This document shows, one piece after another, positions 26,402 to 35,852 of a DNA stretch of 40,000 bases (position 1 is its first letter; each line of letters starts with the position of its first letter). The DNA is taken from the sequence record OP599913.1; one strand, 5' to 3'. The position numbers and the translations under genes were made by a program. The DNA is from Pseudomonas phage IR-QUMS-PaBa1-GHS-2021. The notes under the pieces were generated by a model. The model had not been told where the DNA came from. It saw only the letters and a list, made by a program, of their open reading frames with translations, and made no database searches.

Positions 26402-29400
26402 ATGGAATTACCTGAACTGACTCCGAGCCTTTCGTTGGCCATTAAACGGTTAACGGAATACAGTGAAGAAGTGCTGGATCCCCTTAAGGACTTTGTTGGC
26501 TACGCCAGTAAGCTGGATTTTTCCTTGGAGGATGATCCTCGGTTCTCGATGCCGGCCTATCCCGATTTTGAAGACTACGACTACCTGCACGATACCAGCC
26601 GTCTTAAGCAAGTCTACCTGAATGACTTCGATTTCAATCTGGAAGAAGACCGAGAAGCCCTCAGTCGGTTAACCCGGATGGAGTTTGAGGGTAATTCGTT
26701 TGATACCGTTGCGCGGTGTTTGTGTAAGGACGGCAAGGGACTCCGGGGTAACTACCTCCTGGGTACCGAACGGGTGTGTCCACGGTGTGGGAGTAAAGCA
26801 GAACTCTTCTTGGATCAAGGGGAAGACACCCGGATCTGGCTCAAATGCCCCGAAGGGGTGAAGAAGTTCGTTAACATCGGGTTCTTTACGACCTTCTTTA
26901 ACAATATCAGCATAGGAAACCCGTCCCCCAAGATCAATGTACCGCGTTACTTCATTGATCCTCTGTATCGAACCAAGGTTAAGAAGCAACGGAATGGAAC
27001 CCTCATTGCCATTAACCAGATGCTCGGTGACTTGGAGATCCACCATGTCGACCTGAACACGTTCTATGATCACTGTGATCGGATCATGGAATACATTCTG
27101 GTAGGTCCAGGTGAGCGCTGGTCGAAGTACCGGGGAGGGGAAGGTGCTGAGATCCTGGAACTGTATCATCGGTATAAACACATCGCGTTCTGTAATTACA
27201 TGAAGGTACCCAGTCGGTACTGCATGGTGCTGGAACGGGTGGGTAAAGAAGTCCGGAGTTATGAGCATCAGCCTGAAACAGCGAAGCTCTATAACGCCAT
27301 TGCGGATACCATGAAGTCCAGCAATTGTTATCAGCTCACTGAAAAGGACTTGCAACGCAATGTGGACATTGTGGGTAAGAACCTGGTGGCGTTAGCCGAT
27401 CAATTCAGGAGTGTCAATAACCCCAAAGCCGTGTTTAATAAACACGGTATCAACCGTAAGCATGTGTGCGCAGGTCCGGTGCCATTAACGGGACGGTCGG
27501 TGATTACCTCTCAAACGGGTATTATTAATCACTCCGAAGTGATTATGCCGTGGAAGATGGTCGTTACCATCCTGGAACAACCCATTACGAACCACCTCTA
27601 TCGGTTAGGGCATACCCCCCGGAGTGCCCGTAAGCTGATCTATAACGCGGCCTATCGGATCGTTCCAGAAATCGATGCGTTCTTACGGCGTGCGGAGGAG
27701 AGTCGTAAAGTCCTGGTTCAAATGGGGCGTAACCCCTCGATTGAGTACCTCAGTCGACGCACCAATTACCTGAGGGTGAACCGGGATCTGGAAGATGAGA
27801 GTATTAAGATCCCCATTACTTCAGTCGGTCCTTACAATGCTTAACAATGATTACCCTATTCCTCTACCAGGAGGAATTCGTGCAGATAGAAAGGATATAC
27901 ACAACTCCTATTGAACATCCAGAGGAAGTTGGTTTTTATAAACATCCAACATTGCCGATTTGGTTGTCTAAAGACGACGATCGGATCCTCACAGAAACAG
28001 GTTTCGTGGAACCAAGCATAGGTGGCGAATACAAGTACTACATTCGTCAGCACCTCCATGTGTTGAAGCTAGAGACATTTCTGGAGAAGCCCAGCTCAAC
28101 TATCAAGTTGTGGGGGAATCACAGGGATGGGGACAAGCGCAATAATCACCTGGATAACTTGGAGTGGTGTACTCCGTCAATGAATTTGATCCATGCGTTT
28201 AAGACTGGTCTCAGGTCGGATAACCTTCCGGGGTTACTCACCGATCTAGAAACTGGTGAGGTCAAATCATTTACGAGTTTAAGGGAATGCGCTGCCTACT
28301 TAGGTATCAATCCTGGTACACTCACTGTTTACATGAAATCTGACAGAAAGTATCCGCTCAAGTTTAAGTACTCTGTGCGTCTAATATCGGAAGAGCCTAG
28401 CAAACTGACTGCTGACGACATTGGTAAAGTAAGGAAGGGTGGTCCCAAACCTTGCAAGATCGTCAATAAACTCACTGGCGAAATAAAACATCTGGCCTTT
28501 GAGAAAAGCATTCAGGAACTGTTCGGTTTATCCGAGAGACGTTATCAGCGTGCTTTGAGAGAACGCGGATACGAAGACTGGATTTTCGAAGAAGTGAAGA
28601 CGTATGAAGAATACGTCGAGTGTTTAAAGGATGATAAGGCGAAGACTGTAAAGTCTAACCGACATCTTTCTTTAGTCAAGGAAAAACAGTTGGCTACAGC
28701 TAAGAAGATTGTGGTTACTAACAATCTGACAGGCGAAATAACTGAATTCGACAATCTTAGTGACTTCTCAATGGAGAATGGTTTCATGATAAGCGAGATC
28801 AACCGCGCTTTGAAAACCAAAGATTCATGGAGAGAATTCACATTTAAATATCTGGAATAGGGTAATTGTTAAAGGCTCACCAGGCACGAAAGTCCTGGAT
28901 GAGAATCTCTTTAATTGCTGGAACACCCACAAAAGTGAACCACCTTACGTAACCGTAAGGGGACGAAAGTCAGAAACAACGGTTCACCTGTCCTACGCTA
29001 ACCAATAACGCTAAGGGATACTGACAAGGGGCAACCAGCAGCGAAGCCTGTTGTTATTCAACAGGAACGTTCAACGGCCATTCGATGACCCGTAATCTGA
29101 TTACGGCGAGAAGTAGGGTAGCAAGCTAATGGCACCCGAAACAGGAGACATCCCCCCTCTGGTTAACAGAGCGGGTGAAGATATGGTCTGACCACCGTTT
29201 AAGAGACGGTGCAGGTGCTACAACGTACCGGGTAATGAGTTGCGACATTACTGGACAAGTGGATTTTGATGGCGATTCCATGTATGCCATCTTCTTGATT
29301 GACTTGGAGTCTAAAGCGAAAGCCTACGGGGGATTAGGTCATCATCAGGTATTGGATAACAACGTTCCCTTCAAGATCAGCAAGTATGCGGGACAAACCG

Positions 29401-29453
29401 CTACCAACCTGATGAACTTCAATACCCTCATGCTACAGAAACCGATTGAGTAA
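26402..29453 (+). CDS. RNA polymerase beta'-like N-terminal subunit (phiKZ gp55-like), split: exon 1 26402-27841, exon 2 29262-29453
   Basis: Exon 1 contains a CLC...CPRC segment, GPVPLTGRSVITSQTG and QMGRNPSIEYLSRRTNYLRVNRDLEDESIKIPITSVGPYNA. Exon 2 starts DFDGDSMYAIFLIDL. The joined product carries the YNADFDGDSM catalytic motif (about 543 aa). Confidence 0.88.
27842..29261 (+). mobile_element. group I intron in RNAP beta' gene
   Basis: Interrupts the NADFDGD motif. Preceding exon base is T (27841) and the last intron base is G (29261). Core-like sequences: GACAAGGGGCAACCAGCAGCGAAGCC, GGAACGTTCAACGGCCATTCGA and GTGAAGATATGGTCTGACC. Joining 27841 to 29262 is in frame. Confidence 0.85.
27880..28860 (+). 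CDS. intron-encoded HNH/NUMOD-type homing endonuclease
   Basis: GTG start after AGGAGGAATTC; NHRDGDKRNNHLDNLEWCTPSMNLIHAF motif typical of HNH homing endonucleases, followed by NUMOD-like DLETGEVKSFTSLRECAAYLGINPGTLTVYM and similar segments. Confidence 0.85.
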   Translation: MQIERIYTTPIEHPEEVGFYKHPTLPIWLSKDDDRILTETGFVEPSIGGEYKYYIRQHLHVLKLETFLEKPSSTIKLWGNHRDGDKRNNHLDNLEWCTPSMNLIHAFKTGLRSDNLPGLLTDLETGEVKSFTSLRECAAYLGINPGTLTVYMKSDRKYPLKFKYSVRLISEEPSKLTADDIGKVRKGGPKPCKIVNKLTGEIKHLAFEKSIQELFGLSERRYQRALRERGYEDWIFEEVKTYEEYVECLKDDKAKTVKSNRHLSLVKEKQLATAKKIVVTNNLTGEITEFDNLSDFSMENGFMISEINRALKTKDSWREFTFKYLE

Positions 29454-29468
29454 GGAGGTGAAGTGTCG

Positions 29469-30110
29469 ATGCGAAGTGCTAATGCCTTCAGTCACGCGAT
29501 CTCAGGCAGTTTTACCGAAGAGTCCATAGCCAAGTACGCCGACTACGTAAACAACTCTACAGCGCTCCTACAGAACGCTGGAGGCTGGTTGGGACAGCAA
29601 GCCAAGAAGACTCTGGATTGTTTTACCAGCTTCGTAAACTCCCGTGCGTGGGAAATGGGTAAACGGCTGTTGAATAAGAACGACGGGGAGTATGTAGGGC
29701 GGTATTCCATTGGCTACCTGGGGAGTATTGAAGCCCTCCAAGGTGCTGAGGGATATATGCGGGACTACATCATGGCAAATCCCGTCATGATGCAGCTGTA
29801 CCTGGACGGTGAAATCGAAGGGTATGGGGGAGAGTTCAGCAAGTTCTGTTCAGGTGTTGGGGAGGAGAACCTCTTCTATCGCCGCAGTATGAATGGGTTG
29901 CTGAATTTGACTACCGTGGATGATAAACCGCATCTACGACATACCCATTACCACGACAGCCTAGGCGGTAAGATCTCCTTCAGGGAACGGTGTGATGTCC
30001 AGAAGACCTGGGCGGCCATCGATCACCATCGGGCTAAATCCCTGTTCGACCTCACCAGTCCTGCTGGGAATAAGCTGAAGAGCGCTGAAGAAGAAACCAC
30101 CGAGGAGTAA
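29469..30110 (+). CDS. hypothetical protein
   Basis: 213 aa from MRSANAFSHAISGSF; AAGGAGGTG upstream. Confidence 0.6.
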   Translation: MRSANAFSHAISGSFTEESIAKYADYVNNSTALLQNAGGWLGQQAKKTLDCFTSFVNSRAWEMGKRLLNKNDGEYVGRYSIGYLGSIEALQGAEGYMRDYIMANPVMMQLYLDGEIEGYGGEFSKFCSGVGEENLFYRRSMNGLLNLTTVDDKPHLRHTHYHDSLGGKISFRERCDVQKTWAAIDHHRAKSLFDLTSPAGNKLKSAEEETTEE

Positions 30111-30116
30111 GGCCTC

Positions 30117-30150
30117 TAAACCAAGCAGGGGTGATTCCCTGCTTGGTTTA
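30117..30150 (+). terminator. intrinsic terminator
   Basis: 14-bp perfect stem TAAACCAAGCAGGG / CCCTGCTTGGTTTA, loop GTGATT, followed by TTATGACCTTTTATTTT. Confidence 0.85.
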
Positions 30151-30209
30151 TTATGACCTTTTATTTTGTCTTTCTATAGAGAGCCTTCTTTCTTTAGGGA
30201 GTTAACAGT

Positions 30210-30617
30210 ATGGCGCGGTTTTGTGTAGGGACAATGGACAGTAAGTTAGGGTGGGAGACTCAGTCTCCCGATACCGCTATTTCACGTCATGTGACCTATT
30301 GGTTTACCAGTCGGGAGAACCAAGGTAAACTGATTGGAGGGGTTCCTAGTTTCTACATGATCTTTAAAGACTTCGCTCAATACCCCGATCAAATGGTGGA
30401 ACAAGTCCAGGACAAATTCAAGGCGTACCTGGAGGAATTGTTCGACGAAGTCATGGTAGGTGTAAGTCGACAAAATGTTACTGGGAGTGTCAATAATTAC
30501 AGGCTCATACTGACCGCTCGTGTCGTAGTGGACAATATGAAGTATGACTTGGCGCAAACCATTCTGATCACCGGTGAACTGTACAAAGTTCTGGACTTAG
30601 AGAGACTTAAACGATGA
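30210..30617 (+). CDS. hypothetical protein
   Basis: 135-aa ORF, overlaps the next gene start by 4 nt. Confidence 0.55.
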   Translation: MARFCVGTMDSKLGWETQSPDTAISRHVTYWFTSRENQGKLIGGVPSFYMIFKDFAQYPDQMVEQVQDKFKAYLEELFDEVMVGVSRQNVTGSVNNYRLILTARVVVDNMKYDLAQTILITGELYKVLDLERLKR

Positions 30618-31447
30618 CTGACAAACACAACGAAGACTTCCGGGGTAAAGTTCCTGATCATATCCAAGAGATGCACCTGGAGAATGACCTTGGTTGGTTG
30701 AAGGACTTGAAAGTCCACGAACTGGATGGTAAACTCCTGCTGGGTGAGCCGGGAGAAGAACTCCCCTTTAACGTGAGTCATGTGATTGAAGAGAAGGAAT
30801 TCGTTCAGAAATGGTTGATTCCCTTTGCGCTGGGGAATTCCACCGGAGTGAACTACTTCCCCTTCCAGGAATGGTGTTCCTTTACCTTTAACGGAACCCG
30901 GTCTGTATTGGTGGTCGCCCGGGATGCTGAAACCGGTAAATACGAACCGACCCTCTTGGTTCCGCCGATTATTTCCAACTCCCTGACTGCGGATGACCGG
31001 TACAAGCTCCGGATGGCCTCGCTGGCTATTTACAATATCAGTGAAGACAACCGCCAGAAAGAGAACCTGAACGCCAGCTTGAAGGTTGCGAATGCCTTGG
31101 CGGATAGCAAAATAGGTCTGGAAGCTAAACCCACGACCCTGACGGATTTGATTACCCCGACTTTCTTCGAGAAGTTCTCGATCGTTCCGGAAGTGGAGCG
31201 CAAGGTTTACTGGATTCGGGATGTTATCCGGAAAGGAACTGAAACCAATCCCGATGACCTGACTCGTGCTCGCGCGCTGTTCTTTAAAGAACACAAAGGT
31301 GAGACTCTGACTCAGGATGAGTTGAAATTCCTAAACCAACTGAGTTTAGGGGATTATGAGATTGAAGACCGTCTGGCTGACGCACCGAGTGAACAGGCGG
31401 ATAACGAATCGCCGGACGATCCCGACTTCGATCCGTTGGCGTGTTAA
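30614..31447 (+). CDS. conserved hypothetical protein with acidic C-terminus
   Basis: 277-aa ORF; C-terminus SEQADNESPDDPDFDPLAC. Confidence 0.6.
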   Translation: MTDKHNEDFRGKVPDHIQEMHLENDLGWLKDLKVHELDGKLLLGEPGEELPFNVSHVIEEKEFVQKWLIPFALGNSTGVNYFPFQEWCSFTFNGTRSVLVVARDAETGKYEPTLLVPPIISNSLTADDRYKLRMASLAIYNISEDNRQKENLNASLKVANALADSKIGLEAKPTTLTDLITPTFFEKFSIVPEVERKVYWIRDVIRKGTETNPDDLTRARALFFKEHKGETLTQDELKFLNQLSLGDYEIEDRLADAPSEQADNESPDDPDFDPLAC

Positions 31448-31469
31448 GGTAGTAAGGGGTAGACTATTC

Positions 31470-32585
31470 ATGCGGATTCTTTGGACTTCCGACCACCATA
31501 CGCTACACCAGACAACCCCCACTACTCATGTACTGGGGAATATGTCGACGTTTTACTTTAAAGATCACGATCTGAACAATATCGATCTGTCGATCTTTGG
31601 TGGGGACCTCACAGAACGCATGGTAGAGGCCCCTAACCCTGATTTCATTAAACTTAAGGAATGGGCCAAGGTTTACCTGAACGCGTGCGACAAGGCCCAT
31701 ACAGCCGTTCTAGTACTGGAAGGAACCCACTCCCACGACAGGGGTCAGCCTAAACACTTGGAGACGCTGGCTCCCGAGGGAATGGATTTCCGGTATGTGG
31801 ATGCTTTGTCCATTCAGTATTACCCCCAATTCAACAATCTCAGTATTCTCTGTGTTCCTGACAACATGGGAACCCTGACACCTGATGAGATTTGGGACAA
31901 GACTGTCGCATTGCTCAATGAACACAAACTGAAGCAAGTGGACTTGATTGTGTTTCATGGTGCGTGGGAGCATCAATTGCCGGTCCAGGTACGGCATAAA
32001 GCTCACCAGTTAGCCCGATGGGAAACCATTGTTAAGTACTTCATTCTGTCGGGGCATATCCATGTCCCCTCTGAAGTGGGTAAGATGCGGTGTTCGGGTT
32101 CCTTTGACCGTACAGCTCACGGGGAAGAACACCCGAAAGGGGGGTATTTGGTTGAGCTTGACCTGGAGAAGGAAACCGCTACTTCAACCTTCCAGGAAAA
32201 CAAGAACGCTCTCCCGTATTTAACCCTGAAAGTCAAGGAAGACATTACGACCGAACAATTGGTCTTGGACCTTCAGCAGTTCATCCGTCGGAAGAAACTC
32301 CCGTATCACAGCCAAATCCGGATCATGGGTGGTGCAGCGGATATCGTTAAACCGGTTATTCGTATCTTTGAGAAAGAATTCCCCTACTTCGGCTTTAAAG
32401 CGGAGAATGCGAAAGCCAAAGAACAGCATGTTCAAGACGACCTGTTCAGTAACCAAACGTACGATTACCCTCAGTTAACGAAAAAGAACTTGGCATCCGC
32501 CCTGTTACCTGAATGTCAAGGAGTCTTCGAGAAAGAAGGGATCTCTGATGAAGAAGCCTTGAAAGTCCTGGAGGAATTCCTATGA
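31470..32585 (+). CDS. metallophosphoesterase, SbcD/Mre11-like nuclease
   Basis: 371 aa; TSDHH, FGGDLTE, LEGTHSHDR, FHGAWEH and LSGHIHVPS calcineurin-like phosphoesterase motifs in order. Confidence 0.8.
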   Translation: MRILWTSDHHTLHQTTPTTHVLGNMSTFYFKDHDLNNIDLSIFGGDLTERMVEAPNPDFIKLKEWAKVYLNACDKAHTAVLVLEGTHSHDRGQPKHLETLAPEGMDFRYVDALSIQYYPQFNNLSILCVPDNMGTLTPDEIWDKTVALLNEHKLKQVDLIVFHGAWEHQLPVQVRHKAHQLARWETIVKYFILSGHIHVPSEVGKMRCSGSFDRTAHGEEHPKGGYLVELDLEKETATSTFQENKNALPYLTLKVKEDITTEQLVLDLQQFIRRKKLPYHSQIRIMGGAADIVKPVIRIFEKEFPYFGFKAENAKAKEQHVQDDLFSNQTYDYPQLTKKNLASALLPECQGVFEKEGISDEEALKVLEEFL

Positions 32586-33379
32586 GAAGTACAGGTGCTT
32601 TAGGAATGTCCGTAGGGACATCGTTGGCGTTTGAGAGTGATGCGGCTTCCCTAATACGTAATTCAGATACCGTCCTGCTGAACCTTATGACGCTAATACG
32701 GAATGCGTATGACGCGTATGAGACCAAAGAGGAAAAGGATCAACTGACATCAGATCAACTGGTAGAGGCGGTTACCGGTGATCTGAAGATCCTGGCGAAA
32801 TGGATGGAAGAGGCGCGTAAAAGTAAACCGGTTGAACTGGTGGTGTATTATCCCACCTATGTGGGTCTTAAGACTCGTTTCCGTCATGCGGATCTCAAAC
32901 TCCCTACGACGAAGAATCAAATCCGATACGATACCCTCTCGAAAGAGACGGCAAAGAAGCTGTATACGAAATACGAGAAACTGTTGTCTAAGACAGACGT
33001 CGGCATGCCTGAATTCAAAGGGCGGGGTATTGTATTGACGCACCACGTGGTGGACCTCGCGGTATCGAACAGTGTTGGGCGTTTAATACTGTTGGAGTCG
33101 TATACGGGTAAAACCAAACCCTTTACCCAGTGGTACACCAAACTGACGGGAGGAGAGGACCTGTTTTACATGCCATTTAACCGGTTCACTATCCAGATCT
33201 TTGGTGACCGTTCAACCAATTTCATGTCGTCCTCAACAGGGATTAAGGAGCTGGTGAAGAAACTGGCGTTGGATAATAAGTGGACATCCGCCACCACATT
33301 GGGACGAATCCGAAGTCATATCAACAACCTGCCACAAGGGGTAGACCGAGCCGGTCTACAGCTGATGCTGAACGGTTAG
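32582..33379 (+). CDS. conserved hypothetical protein, possibly coupled to the upstream nuclease
   Basis: 265-aa ORF, 4-nt overlap with the metallophosphoesterase gene. Confidence 0.55.
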   Translation: MRSTGALGMSVGTSLAFESDAASLIRNSDTVLLNLMTLIRNAYDAYETKEEKDQLTSDQLVEAVTGDLKILAKWMEEARKSKPVELVVYYPTYVGLKTRFRHADLKLPTTKNQIRYDTLSKETAKKLYTKYEKLLSKTDVGMPEFKGRGIVLTHHVVDLAVSNSVGRLILLESYTGKTKPFTQWYTKLTGGEDLFYMPFNRFTIQIFGDRSTNFMSSSTGIKELVKKLALDNKWTSATTLGRIRSHINNLPQGVDRAGLQLMLNG

Positions 33380-33448
33380 TATCCCATCTATTCTCACTGA
33401 AGATTCTATCTTTATTGGTTAGGAATTTCGAATTTAAGGTAACCTCTC

Positions 33449-34147
33449 ATGAGTGACAATCAACATCGCAAGTTTACCCCCCGTAAGAAAACCCTCCTGA
33501 ATGACTGGAAACAGCCTCATCCAACGACCTTGGAACCTTTGCCGGGAGCGAAGTACCCGGCGCAGGGGATGTTCGAGTGCAAGAACAGTGGGGCGTTTCC
33601 CATTGTCTTCAAGATCAACGACGGCATCTTTGAGAAAGGTTCCAACAGTAACCACAAAGAAGTCGAACTGAACTATTCGGATCGGGGTGCGCTCTTCGAA
33701 GCGATTATCGAGGCCTCGAATGATGCGAACTTTGGGTTCCGTCAGATCCCGATTTCGAAGAAGCAGATGATCTTCTCGGGTGGCAGCGCGCGTCAATCGG
33801 AGAACCCGATTGTTCAAGCGACCTTTACCATCATCCGGGATAAGAACGGTGTGATCCACCTGGGGTATACCAAAGGGGATTACAAAGTCCCGCTGGTCTT
33901 CCGAGGTTCCAACTTCACGACGGTATACGTCAAGAATGAAGCCGGTGAACGCGTTGAAGACCAGGGCCTGATGTCCCGTTGGGTAGCTCGGGCCTGGGTG
34001 CGTTTCCACCAGGATCTCCTGAATGAGATCGAGCAGGCAGCCTGGGAGCCTCCGAAACCGCGTGACGGTGGGGCAAACAACAACCGACAGTCTTCCAATG
34101 ACTCCGGTTCGACCACCCACGATGACTTCGATGACGTGGAATTCTAA
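33449..34147 (+). CDS. candidate single-stranded DNA-binding protein
   Basis: 232 aa; low-complexity Asn/Ser/Asp linker then acidic tip STTHDDFDDVEF resembling SSB C-termini (DFDDDIPF type). Confidence 0.45.
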   Translation: MSDNQHRKFTPRKKTLLNDWKQPHPTTLEPLPGAKYPAQGMFECKNSGAFPIVFKINDGIFEKGSNSNHKEVELNYSDRGALFEAIIEASNDANFGFRQIPISKKQMIFSGGSARQSENPIVQATFTIIRDKNGVIHLGYTKGDYKVPLVFRGSNFTTVYVKNEAGERVEDQGLMSRWVARAWVRFHQDLLNEIEQAAWEPPKPRDGGANNNRQSSNDSGSTTHDDFDDVEF

Positions 34148-34159
34148 TTAGACCAAGAA

Positions 34160-34186
34160 GGGTAGGAGGGGCAACCCCTCCTACCC
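34160..34186 (+). terminator. intrinsic terminator
   Basis: 12-bp stem GGGTAGGAGGGG / CCCCTCCTACCC with CAA loop. Confidence 0.65.
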
Positions 34187-34264
34187 GGTCTATTCGTTTG
34201 GTTAGAATATTTTAAACCTACATTATCTTCCCGTAATCCTGGACTATTCTGTTTGGAGTGAACC

Positions 34265-35818
34265 ATGTTTAACATCGAAGTTAAGCGGAAATCCAAGAAA
34301 ACGATTAAAGCCATCATTGTTTCGTTGAATGAGAAGAGCCTCCGCTTTAACGGTGATGCAACAATCAAACTTGAACGGGTGATTAAAGAAAAGGATGCGA
34401 GTGATCCTAATCTCTTCAGTTGTTTCAACGAGTATGTAGAAAATATCTTCGATACGGATAAGAAGATTGAACTCTTTAAGTTGTATGAAAAGGCGTATCA
34501 GATTGCTGAAAGTCCCACGTATAAGGACTACCGGGTTGAAATCGCTGAAATTAAACCGATTATCAATGCTATTCTAAACCTCATTGATATTCCCAAGTAC
34601 TGTAGTTTCATCCAATATTCCGAACACATGGTCGTCCCTCCTGACCTGAGCGTTGCCTCCAGTAAAGGGGATTACCCAGAACAAACAACCATTACGGATT
34701 ACGACTATAAAGAGTTGGTTAAGCTGACCTTTGTGATCCGTTCGGTTTATCCGATCATCTTCTCGTTAATTGCTCGCTTCGATGCGGCAATGGGAACAGG
34801 GTACAGTGAGCAGGTGTGTGGGAGTCTGATTAAAGATAACGCCCACATCGTTAACCTGTATGGGTGGAAGAAACTTCAGACCTATGTGAACTTTGCCTTT
34901 GGTAAACGGGGCATACCCCAGCAAGCAGACAGTATTGGGAGTGTGGAGTATTTCGTGGAGCGGGTGCTGTATGACACCCTCTTCTCCCGGCTGTGCTGTG
35001 CAGTGATCCCCGAGACCGAAGAAGGGAAACACTTGGCCACCGCCATTAACGCTTCAGTACGTCATCATGGATCGATTGGGGGAGGGTTTAAAGCCAAGGA
35101 TGGTCGGGAAGGTGAGGATGATAAGCGGTCCCTGTTGGAACGGTATCATATCAACGAAGAGATCAAGGCGGCAAATGAAACCGTAGACGCTGAGTATTTC
35201 AGTTTAGGGTTGTTTGACGAGAATGACAATGAACGGTATGTGGATCGGTTCAAGATCCCGTGTCTGGGGCTGGGTATACAGAATCCCCAGCTGGTGGAAC
35301 AGGTCTACGACAACATGCCCCCGAACTGGGACATCACGTTGGATAATCACGTCATCACGTTGCTTCAGCTGACGTTCGTCGATGCGATTTCTCCTATGAT
35401 CTTCTGGAGTTGTGACGGGCATCAACTGCGGGCAGCCATTGCCTTGGCTCAGGTCCGTTTGAGCGAACAAGGGTATCATTACCTTCCGTCGGTACTGGGA
35501 GCGAGTAATAATCCCGGAGGCATGCGATCCCTTTCGGATGGTTTGCGGTTGAACACCGAAGATAAAGAATTCCTGGTCAGTATTTGTGACATCCAAAGTC
35601 GTAATGACGAAGGACGGTCCTTTAATGAAGCGGTGGAGGTCGCGACGGAGTTCTTGGAAACCTTTGGGAATGGGCAATGGAAATCGAACCTGGAATATGG
35701 GGTGTTGGATGATCCTGAAGTCTATCAACGGGTAGAACGTGCGGCCTTGTTCGACCTGGAGATTGATTTGGAAATCAAGAATGAGTTCATGCGGTTAGTT
35801 AGACAAGTCAATACCTGA
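34265..35818 (+). CDS. conserved hypothetical protein
   Basis: 517-aa ORF, GGAGTGAACC-ATG. Confidence 0.6.
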   Translation: MFNIEVKRKSKKTIKAIIVSLNEKSLRFNGDATIKLERVIKEKDASDPNLFSCFNEYVENIFDTDKKIELFKLYEKAYQIAESPTYKDYRVEIAEIKPIINAILNLIDIPKYCSFIQYSEHMVVPPDLSVASSKGDYPEQTTITDYDYKELVKLTFVIRSVYPIIFSLIARFDAAMGTGYSEQVCGSLIKDNAHIVNLYGWKKLQTYVNFAFGKRGIPQQADSIGSVEYFVERVLYDTLFSRLCCAVIPETEEGKHLATAINASVRHHGSIGGGFKAKDGREGEDDKRSLLERYHINEEIKAANETVDAEYFSLGLFDENDNERYVDRFKIPCLGLGIQNPQLVEQVYDNMPPNWDITLDNHVITLLQLTFVDAISPMIFWSCDGHQLRAAIALAQVRLSEQGYHYLPSVLGASNNPGGMRSLSDGLRLNTEDKEFLVSICDIQSRNDEGRSFNEAVEVATEFLETFGNGQWKSNLEYGVLDDPEVYQRVERAALFDLEIDLEIKNEFMRLVRQVNT

Positions 35819-35852
35819 AAGTATCATCCGTAACTAGACAGAGGAAACAAAC

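Noticed and set aside
29175-29261. ORF-track start MKIWSDHRLRDGAGATTYRVMSCDITGQV for a separate 92-aa protein
   Set aside because: This part is group I intron core/3' end; only 29262-29453 is coding, as exon 2 of the RNAP subunit.
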